Assembly (NCBI GenBank): GCA_963707025.1
Contig: CAVPOM010000007.1
Location: 160,001-224,000, forward strand
Origin: an uncultured Verrucomicrobiae bacterium
GTDB taxonomy: Bacteria; Verrucomicrobiota; Verrucomicrobiia; Limisphaerales; Palsa-1400
Length of the DNA stretch: 64,000 bases
Reading direction: 5' to 3'
Below the pieces are notes generated by a model. That model had not been told where the DNA came from, searched no databases, and worked only from the letters and a program-made list of their open reading frames with translations. A program made the translations under genes and the position numbers. This document shows, piece by piece, positions 50,122-58,616 of the stretch. Every line of letters begins with the position of its first letter. Positions within the stretch are counted from its first letter, which is position 1.

Positions 50122-50246
50122 GGCGTGTGGCAGAATACTTGATGCGGAGCGGGGAGGAAATTATTAATTATAAATGAAGACCCGCCGCTGGAAGGGGAGC
50201 GCGATTTTGGTTGCGGGGGGGGCGCGCTGCGGTTAGAAGAACCCTC

Positions 50247-50483
50247 ATGAGTGAGCCAATTGTTTTTCAAAAATTTCCCATCGTGCAACCGGCGGAGCCG
50301 GGGGTTTATTGGTGGTGCGCCTGCGGGCGTTCCAAAACGCAGCCCTTTTGCGACGGGTCGCACAAGGGGACGGAGTTTTCTCCCGTTAAAACCGAAATCC
50401 AGGAGAAAAAAACCGTGGCCTGGTGCGCTTGCAAGCACTCCAAGAACAAGCCGTTCTGCGACGGGAGCCATCAGAGCGTCTGA
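50247..50483 (+). CDS. CDGSH iron-sulfur protein (two CDGSH motifs)
   Basis: WCACGRSKTQPFCDGSH and WCACKHSKNKPFCDGSH. Confidence 0.93.
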   Translation: MSEPIVFQKFPIVQPAEPGVYWWCACGRSKTQPFCDGSHKGTEFSPVKTEIQEKKTVAWCACKHSKNKPFCDGSHQSV

Positions 50484-50606
50484 AGGGCGGATTGGACGGT
50501 TGCAGCAGGGGTCCATGACCGCCGCTCTTTCGCCGGGTTTGCTTTACGGCCGTCAGCGCGGCGGCTCAGGGGCGGTCACGGACCGGCGTTCCGGTTAAGA
50601 CGGCAC

Positions 50607-51086
50607 TTACTCGCGTTTGCGGAAGACGGGGGAGGCGTCGAGGGTGTTGAGGGAGACCAGGTCCAGGCTGGCGCCGGGTTCGCGCAGGGCGGCTTTTTGC
50701 ATCTGGTCGGACATGCGGGCGACGGCGTCGGCGGCGTAGTACTTGACAGCGCCGACGCCGGTTTCCGCCGGGAAGACGACGATGAGGAGGAGGTTTTCGT
50801 CCACGTTGCTGATGAGGAGGCTGACCTGGCGGCCCTGCTGATAGATGTGGGAGAGGCTGGTCTCGCCCAGAAAGCGGGCCATCATGTCGGTGGCGCTGAA
50901 GGCGCCGGCGGCCAGGGCGGCCACGGAGGTGGCGTCGAATTTGTCCACCGCGCCGTGCTGGCAGATGAGGGGGCCGCCTTTGTCAATGACCAGGGCGGCG
51001 CCGGCATCGCTGCGCCGGAGGAGTTCCTCCAGGGCGGCGTCGAGGGTGCGCACGTCTTCTTCCAGGAGTATGGGGAGACCCGCCAT
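50607..51086 (-). CDS. mglB: MglB-like roadblock/LC7 protein
   Basis: ALVIDKGG, SVAALAAGAFSAT, HIYQQG, GAVKYY; 1 nt downstream of mglA. Confidence 0.85.
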   Translation of the reverse strand: MAGLPILLEEDVRTLDAALEELLRRSDAGAALVIDKGGPLICQHGAVDKFDATSVAALAAGAFSATDMMARFLGETSLSHIYQQGRQVSLLISNVDENLLLIVVFPAETGVGAVKYYAADAVARMSDQMQKAALREPGASLDLVSLNTLDASPVFRKRE

Positions 51087-51087
51087 G

Positions 51088-51699
51088 TTAAGCCGGCTTG
51101 CGGGAGCCTTCGTTGATGTTTTTGTTGAGGAGCATGCGGGTGATCATGTTGAGCGCTTCAAAGACGCCCTCGCATTTGGAGGCGACGGAGGTGAAGGAGG
51201 GGACCTGGACGTCGCGATTGTTGAGCAAATATTCCATGTACTCCACGGGGGCGGCCGAGGCCAGGTCGCGCTTGTTGTATTGCATGACGTAGGGGATGTC
51301 GGGGAGGCTGAGCTTGAGGGATTTGAGATTGTCGTCCAGATTCTGAAAACTCTCCACGTTTTCGGCCATTTTTTCGTATTGCGAATCGGCCACAAAAATG
51401 ATGCCGTCCACCCCGCGCAAGACCAGTTGGCGGGTGGTGTTGTAAATGACCTGGCCGGGAACGGTGTAAAGCTGGAACTTGGTTTTGAAGCCCTTGATGG
51501 CCATGGCTTCGATGGGGAGGAAATCGAAAAACAAGGTGCGGTCCGAACTGGTGGCCAGGGAGATGAGTTTGCCTTTTTCCTGGACATGGCCCAGGTTGGC
51601 ATGGACCTGTTCCAAGTTGGTGGTTTTGCCGCCCTTGCCCGGGCCGTAATAGACAATTTTGAGCTGCAATTCCTTGGTTGCTTGGTTGATGATGGCCAT
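51088..51699 (-). CDS. mglA: MglA small Ras-like GTPase
   Basis: KIVYYGPGKGGKTTN, DRTLFFDF, LYTVPGQV, QYNKRD. Confidence 0.95.
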   Translation of the reverse strand: MAIINQATKELQLKIVYYGPGKGGKTTNLEQVHANLGHVQEKGKLISLATSSDRTLFFDFLPIEAMAIKGFKTKFQLYTVPGQVIYNTTRQLVLRGVDGIIFVADSQYEKMAENVESFQNLDDNLKSLKLSLPDIPYVMQYNKRDLASAAPVEYMEYLLNNRDVQVPSFTSVASKCEGVFEALNMITRMLLNKNINEGSRKPA

Positions 51700-51703
51700 A
51701 AGT

Positions 51704-53296
51704 TTATGGGTTGCGTTTGGCTAATTCGGCGGCGATCCGCCCCAGCACGGCTTCCGGCAAGGCTGCCCCGGGATGGCCCAGAACCGCCAAATAGAGTTTG
51801 CCTGTCTTGTAAATCGAGAAGCGCGCCTGCCCGGCGGTGAGGGCGACGCTGGTCACCGCCCCCAAATGCATCTCGCCCGCCGACTGGCTGACCCGGCCAA
51901 AAATCTGCGGCAAAAAGGCCGCCACGGTTTCGGGCTTCAAGGCCGGCGGCAAGTGCGCGGCCACGACCAGGCCGTCGCTCATGGCGAGCAGGCTCCCCGC
52001 CACGCCTGCGAGCGCGCAAATTCTCCGGCAGATTTCCGGCGGAGTCCACTCGATCCTGCCCGGCAGCCCAAAAATCTCCCCCAGCACGCCCGGCGCCGCC
52101 GCCGGGGCAAAGGGGGCCGCAGCGGGTGCGGAAACCGCCGTGGCCGGGGCCGCGGCCGTGGCCGGGGCCGTCTTGCCGAAAAGGTTTGGAATATGGCTTG
52201 GAATGTTGGCCGCGCTGGTCAATTTCTTTGGAACGGCCCCGGGACGCCGGTGCGCCAGGAAGAGGGGCGCGACCACTTTCAAGGGCAATTCCAGCGCCGC
52301 TTCCCGGTTGGCCAACGTCTTCTCCGGCGGCGGGGGCTGGAGCCATTGGCATAGCTCAGTCCAGGCGAAAACCACGCGGCCCGCTTTCAGGCCCGGCTCC
52401 AGCCGGTTGATGGGCAGGGCCACGGTCGCGCTTTGCAAATGAACATCGGCGATGGCCTGCAGCACATGCGGCGGCCACGATTCGGAGAGGAGGGAAAGAG
52501 CGACCGGCAGGACTTCGGATTCCGCAACCAGCGGGACTGGTGAGGGCATGGCCGGCGGTTTGGCCGCGGCGAAAGGGAGGGATGACGCCGCGGGCGCGGA
52601 AACTCTCGGCGCGAGGGACGCGAGAGACTCGGTCACTGGCGGCCGGGTAAAATGGGAAGCCCCCGGCTCCGGCGCCGGGGCCTTGGGAACGGACACGGGG
52701 ACGGGTGCGCGGAGTGGCTTGGGAGCGGCGGTGACCGGCCCCTGCAACGTCCGGCCGTGGCCAAAAACGCTGGTGACGCTATCCGGCACGGTGACCAATG
52801 TCTGCCCTGGCCGGCGGGCCAGGAGGACGGGATCCAGGGAGGCCAGGATTTGCGCCAAGGGCAAGGTGACCAGAGACCCGTCATGGGTGGCATTGTCGTA
52901 AAACGTGCCAGGCGGCGCTCCCTGGCGCAATTGACCAAAAGGGATCCTGACCACGCCGGAGGCCAGTTGCTCCAAAACCATCTTGACGGGAAGAGAGAAG
53001 ATCCCGGTGCCCGGCGTTGCGACCAACGCCGCCAGATTCGCTGGAAGGGACGAGAGGATCGGAGTCAGCGGCAGGCTGAGATCTCCGTCTGGATTGGCGA
53101 CGGCGGCCCCTGCGGGAGCGGCCCGGATGGGCGCGGCCGGCGGCCGGACGGGCGGGCGCGGCGGAGGATGGGCTGGTTGGGCGGGAGCGGCCGGCGCCGG
53201 GACCGGCGATGGGGCGTTTTGGGGCCGGATCGCCGGAGTCGAAGACGGCTCCGGCGCGGGCGGCTCAGAGAAGAAACGTTTTAAAAAGCCGAACAT
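51704..53296 (-). CDS. Pro-rich protein with a duplicated unknown domain and a C-terminal roadblock/LC7 domain
   Basis: Probable start MFGFLKRFFSE; C-terminal GVAGSLLAMSDGLVVAA...ETVAAFLPQIF roadblock motif. Confidence 0.78.
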   Translation of the reverse strand: MFGFLKRFFSEPPAPEPSSTPAIRPQNAPSPVPAPAAPAQPAHPPPRPPVRPPAAPIRAAPAGAAVANPDGDLSLPLTPILSSLPANLAALVATPGTGIFSLPVKMVLEQLASGVVRIPFGQLRQGAPPGTFYDNATHDGSLVTLPLAQILASLDPVLLARRPGQTLVTVPDSVTSVFGHGRTLQGPVTAAPKPLRAPVPVSVPKAPAPEPGASHFTRPPVTESLASLAPRVSAPAASSLPFAAAKPPAMPSPVPLVAESEVLPVALSLLSESWPPHVLQAIADVHLQSATVALPINRLEPGLKAGRVVFAWTELCQWLQPPPPEKTLANREAALELPLKVVAPLFLAHRRPGAVPKKLTSAANIPSHIPNLFGKTAPATAAAPATAVSAPAAAPFAPAAAPGVLGEIFGLPGRIEWTPPEICRRICALAGVAGSLLAMSDGLVVAAHLPPALKPETVAAFLPQIFGRVSQSAGEMHLGAVTSVALTAGQARFSIYKTGKLYLAVLGHPGAALPEAVLGRIAAELAKRNP

Positions 53297-53371
53297 GGTA
53301 TAAGCGCAGTAAGAACACTGCCATAGATATCGGCCTGAGTCGAGCAGAACTTGAGTGATTGTCCACGGCAA

Positions 53372-53479
53372 GGCGCATCCCACTTTTTGGACAGTTCCCA
53401 AGCAGGGACGCCGTCCCGATTAGGAATCGGGATCCGCGCCGGCGCAGCGCCGCGACCCTGCCAGAAACTGGGATGCGCC
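53372..53479. repeat. About 105-bp MITE/REP-like element, copy 2
   Basis: Terminal inverted repeats GGCGCATCCCACTTTTTGG / CCAGAAACTGGGATGCGCC (17/19). Confidence 0.8.
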
Positions 53480-53555
53480 CTGCCGTCCGTGGCAGGGTAG
53501 AACTGGCTTGCGCCTGGGGCTGGTTGCCGCATCATGGCCGGGCGCCGTCTATTCT

Positions 53556-56500
53556 ATGCACAACAAGTTTATGCTCAACATCCGCCCTTTCGTATTGCTC
53601 GTCTTGCTGGCCTTTTCCCGGCAGGTTTTGGGAGAAACCAACCTCTACACCGGGGACCTCTGGGCCTTGGTGGACAGCCAGCAGGTGATGGCGGCGGCCC
53701 GTGACATCACGCCGGCCAAATACCCCGATTGCGACGAGGCCACCGTCGAGAAGAAAATGGTGCGGGTGTACCGCGCCGACGGCACGGGCCAAAGCCAGGA
53801 CGAGGCCTTCGTCAAGGTGCTGACGGAGAAAGGCAAACGCAACAACCGCACCATTTCGTTGTACTTCATGCTGCCTTATTCCACGGTCGAGGTGGTCAAG
53901 GTGGAAGTGTTGAAGCCGGACGGCGAGGCGGTTGCGGTGGACGTGGCGGCCAATTCCAAGGAGCAGATTGATGACAGCCAGATGAGCATGAACATTTCCG
54001 ATCCCAACAGCCGCCTCCTGCGCGTCAGCCTGCCCAAGGTGGAGATCGGCGACGTGGTCCATTCCGTCACGCGGGAGACCACCGAGCGTCCGATCATGCC
54101 GGGCGAGTTTGCCGAGGAGAATGTGTTTGAAGGGGAAGGATTCCTGCGGCACGCCTCCTACGAGGTTCACGCGCCGCCGGGGCGGCCCTTGCAACACATC
54201 GCTTTAAGGGACGAGATTCCCGGCACGGTGCGGTATTCGACGCAGACCGGCGACGACGGCTCGGTCCTCCACCGCTGGGAGGTCAGCCAGGTGCCGCGCA
54301 TGTTCCCGGAACCGTCCATGCCGCCCGGCGAGATGGTGTTGCAGCGCCTGCTGGTCAGCACCACCCCGGACTGGCAGGCGGTCTCCAAATGGTATTGGGA
54401 ACTGAGCCAGCCGCACCTGGAGGCGACCACGCCGGAAATGAAGGCCGCAGTGGACAAGTTGACGGCGGGGGCCGGGACCGACCTGGAGAAGATCAAGGCG
54501 GTGTTTTATGACGTGTCCAAAAATATTCGCTACATGGGCCTGACGCCGGAGAAGGACCGGCCGGGCTTTGAACCGCATGATGTCAAGATCACTTTCGCCA
54601 AGAAGTACGGAGTTTGCCGGGACAAGGCGGCGCTGCTGGTGGCGCTGCTGCGCGCGGCGGGGTTGCAGGCTTATCCGGTGTTGATCAGCGTCGGGGTGAA
54701 GCGGGACCCGGGGGTGGCCGATCTGTTTTTCAACCACGCCATTGTCAGCGTGGAACTCCGGAAAGGAGAGTATGTGCTGATGGACCCGACCGATGAGCAC
54801 ACGCGCGATTTGCTGCCCTCGGGGGATTGCGACCAGAGTTACCTGGTGTGCCGGCCCGAAGGGGAAGACCTCAAGGTCAGCCCGGTCCCGCCGCCGGAAC
54901 AGCACATGATGCGCATAAAAACGACCGGGGTGATGAGCGCGGCGGGCGGACTGGAGGCGAAGTCGGAACTGGACTTCGAGGGCGTCAACGACGACGCCTA
55001 TCGCAATGCCTTTTCCCACATGAAGCCCGATGACCGGCGGCGGTTTTTCGAGGGCAACCTGAAAGAGGCCCTGCCGGGGGCGCGCCTGAAGTCTTTGCAG
55101 TTGACGCCGGAGGAAATGCTGGATGTCTCGGCGCCGCTGCGGGCGGAACTGGAGTTTTCGGTGGAGAGCATGACGGCCGCCGGCGGCGGAAAATCGGTGG
55201 TGAGCCTGCCCTGGATCGGCAAGAGCCTGGGGGTGGTGAATTTCATCCTCGGCGGCACCGGGCTGGATAAAAGAAAATACCCGTTGCGCACGGAAGTGAC
55301 CTGCGGCCTGGAGGAGGAGGTTTCCGTCGCCCTGGCGGCCGATTATGCCGGCGCGCTGTCCATGCCCTCCTGCTCGCCGGTGGAGGACGAACGCGTCAGC
55401 TACCGGGAAAGCTGCGGGTTCACCAATGGCACGCTGCGGTGCGCGCGGGAGCTGAAATTGAAAGGGGTGGAGTTCACCCCCGCCCAATACTTGACGCTCA
55501 AACAGACCTTGCGGACGATGGAGTACGACCAGCGGAAAGTCCCGGTGCTGGCCACCTCGGGCAAGGCGGCGGCCCCATCCGGGGAGAGCGCGGGCCGCGC
55601 GGCCGCCCTGCCCGTGGAATCCAACGCCAAGATTTTGCAGGTCCACAAGGAGCTGGAGGTGAAGGATGCGCACCGCGCCGTTTACCGGGTGAGCTACTCC
55701 AAGCTCATCCTTAATTACGCGGGCAAGATTCGGGAAGCGGAGGTGAAGGTGGACTACAATCCCTCCTGCCAGGAAGCCAGGCTCCTGCGCGGCGTGGTCA
55801 CTTCCAAAACCGGCCAGCGCCAGGAGATTTCCACCAACGAAATCAACGTGATGGACGCCGGTTGGAACGCCCGGGCCAAACGTTACACCGGGGGGAAGAT
55901 CCTGGTGGCCAACCTGCCGGGGGTGGACATCGGCTCGACCATCGAGGTGGAGTATGAAGTCGCCAGCCAGGGCAAGCCGTTCCTCTCGGGGATTCGAATC
56001 GTTCCAATTGCCGGATGAAATGGAGAAAAAAACATTCGTGTTGACTGCTCCGGCCGGGGTTAAAATCCAGAAAATGGCCGGCGGGGAGGCGGGCCTCATC
56101 CAGGAATCCGACGCGATCAGCGGGGGTTCGAAGAGATGGACCTGGGTGGGCGAAAATGCCCCCGCCCTGCCCACCGAGCCGATGCTGCCCCCGGCCTGGA
56201 TTTACAGTCCCTGCGTGCTGTATTACGTGGGGGACCTGTCCTCTTATCTCAAGGACCTGAACGGCGCCATGCTGCAGCGCTCGCAAAAGCGGGACAAAGC
56301 GGCGGAACTGGCCCGCCAGTTGGCCGGTTCGAGCCAGTCGCGGCTGGAAGCGGTGCGGGCCATTCGCGATTTTGTGGCCAAATCCATCCGCCAAGCGGGG
56401 CCTTCTTTCACCGATTTGCCGTTGACGGAGCTTTCCGACGCCGACACGACGCTGGCCGACGGTTACGGCCACGCGGCGGACCGGGCGATTTTGTTGCATG

Positions 56501-57396
56501 CCATGCTGGCGGCGGCGGGATTCCAGCCGGAGTTTGTGGAGGCTTCCTACTATCCGCCCATCGCGGGGATTACCAGGGTGGCCGGCTCCTTTCCCATGCC
56601 CGATTCCTATGCCGGGCCTTTGGTCCGGGTCAAAGTGGAGGGCCAAACCTACTACCTGAATGACACCGACCAATACGCCCGGCTCGGCGCCACCTCCTAC
56701 GACGGCCGGCTGGGATTGGTTCTCTCCAGCCAGGCCCGCGAAGTCATCCATGCCGCCAAAGGTTGCGAGGACAAAACGGAAACCGACTACACCCTCTCCG
56801 TCTCGGACAGCGGGAAGACGCGGATTGGCGTGGCGCGCCATTATTACGGCAGCGAATTCGGCGGCAAAAATCACTACTTCTCCGAACTGCCGCCGGAGGA
56901 GCGGCGGCGTTACTATCAGGAAATTGTTTCCGGCATGGCCCAGGGGGCGCGGCCCGTCGGCGATCTGGTCACCCTGTTTGACACCTACCCCGGCTTGGAG
57001 CAATACACGGTGGAGATAGATAATTACAGCGTGGTGGACGGCCCCTATCTTTACTTCGATCTGCCCTTCACCCCTTCCCTTTTCGCGGCGGGCGCCGACC
57101 GGCGGGCCTTGCCCATGTACATCTCCTGGCACAGCGAAAACACCGTGCGCACCGAGATCGAATTGCCCGCCGGATTCCGCCATGTGGTCATCGCGCCCAA
57201 GAGCGAGAATCTGCGCGAACCGGACGGGGGCGGCGCCGCCCGCATTACCTCCACGCAGAGCGCCGGCAAGTACGTCATGACCGATGATTTTGAAATCTCG
57301 CCCGCCATCATCAGTCCGCACGACTATGCCGCCCTGCTCAAGGTCGAGTCCACCCTGGGCCGAAAGTCCTCCACCGTGTTCCTTCTCGAGAAGTAG
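53556..57396 (+). CDS. Large secreted tandem DUF3857 + transglutaminase-like protein; 1-nt frameshift at about 55989
   Basis: First module GVCRDKA / FNHAI / MDPT (Cys-His-Asp); second module GHAADRA lacks the Cys; removing one G gives LSGFESFQ. Confidence 0.82.
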
Positions 57397-57569
57397 CACG
57401 CCGGAAATTACCCCGCGCTTTTTGAGTTGGAAGGCGCTTGCCTGACGGTGTATAGCCAGGGCGCAAGCCTGCGGACAATGACTACAGGGGAACGATCAGC
57501 GGGAAAAATCTGTCACACGGTTTTAACTTTAGGCCGGGCGGGGAAGGGTTTAGGCTTTGGGTTTTGAAG

Positions 57570-58616
57570 ATGCAAGACCGTCGGCGAAATTTTTTCAGCG
57601 ACAATTGCGCGGGGGTTTGCCCGGAGGCGCTGGCCGCCTTGATCGTGGCCAACGCCGGCCACGCCCTGAGTTATGGGGACGATCCGTGGACCCACCGGGC
57701 CGCCGGCCTGATTAGCGATCTGTTTGAAACGAAGTGCGAAGTTTTCTTCGTCTTCAACGGCACGGCCGGCAACGCCCTGGCCCTGGCCGCGATGTGCGCG
57801 CCTTATCACAGCATCCTGTGCCACGAGCTGGCCCACACGGAAACGGGCGAGTGCGCCGCGCCGGAGTTTTTTGCGGGCGGGTCGCGCCTGCAATTGCTGG
57901 GGGGTGCGCATGGGAAAATTGACCCGGCCTCGCTCGAAGAAACGGCCTGCCGGCGGGCCGACGTTCATGCCCCCAAACCGCGCGCCTTGAGCCTCACGCA
58001 GGCGACGGAAACGGGCACGGTTTATTCGCCGGACGAATTGCGGCGCTTGACGGACACGGCGCGGCGGCTGGGGCTGCGCGTGCAGATGGACGGGGCGCGT
58101 TTTGCCAACGCGGTGGCCTGCCTCGGTGTCAAGCCAAGGGAATTGACCTGGGAGGCTGGTGTGGCGGCGCTGGCTTTCGGCGGGACCAAGAACGGGGCGG
58201 CGGTGGGGGAGGCGATTGTTTTTTTCGATCTGGAACTGGCCGGGGAATTTGCCTATCGCCGCAAGCAGGCGGGGCAACTGGCGTCGAAGATGAGGTTTTT
58301 GGCGGCTTCGTGGATTGGCCTGTTGCAGGACGGGGCGTGGCTGCGGCATGCCCGCCACGCCAACAGCATGGCGCGGCGGCTGGAAGCGGCGCTGCGGGAT
58401 CTGCCGCTGCTAAAAGTGGTCCATCCCTGCCAAACCAACGGCGTGTTTGTCTCCCTGCCGCCGGCGTTGATGGCAGGGCTGCGCGCGCGGGGCTGGGAGT
58501 TCCACGACACGCCGGACAGTTGCCGGCTGATGTGCAGTTGGGACACGACCGAGGAGGACGTGGACGCCCTGGCGCAGGATGTGAAGACTCTGGTGAAAAG
58601 CTTGTCAAATATATGA
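57570..58616 (+). CDS. ltaE: Low-specificity L-threonine aldolase
   Basis: FFSDN, SYGDD, FNGTAGN, QATETGTVY, MDGARFAN, GGTKNG, KQAGQLASKMRF. Confidence 0.88.
   Translation: MQDRRRNFFSDNCAGVCPEALAALIVANAGHALSYGDDPWTHRAAGLISDLFETKCEVFFVFNGTAGNALALAAMCAPYHSILCHELAHTETGECAAPEFFAGGSRLQLLGGAHGKIDPASLEETACRRADVHAPKPRALSLTQATETGTVYSPDELRRLTDTARRLGLRVQMDGARFANAVACLGVKPRELTWEAGVAALAFGGTKNGAAVGEAIVFFDLELAGEFAYRRKQAGQLASKMRFLAASWIGLLQDGAWLRHARHANSMARRLEAALRDLPLLKVVHPCQTNGVFVSLPPALMAGLRARGWEFHDTPDSCRLMCSWDTTEEDVDALAQDVKTLVKSLSNI

Noticed and set aside
49198..50142. 314-aa ORF containing argG-like sequence
   Set aside because: A chance join of the duplicated argG tail with the antisense strand of the membrane-protein gene.
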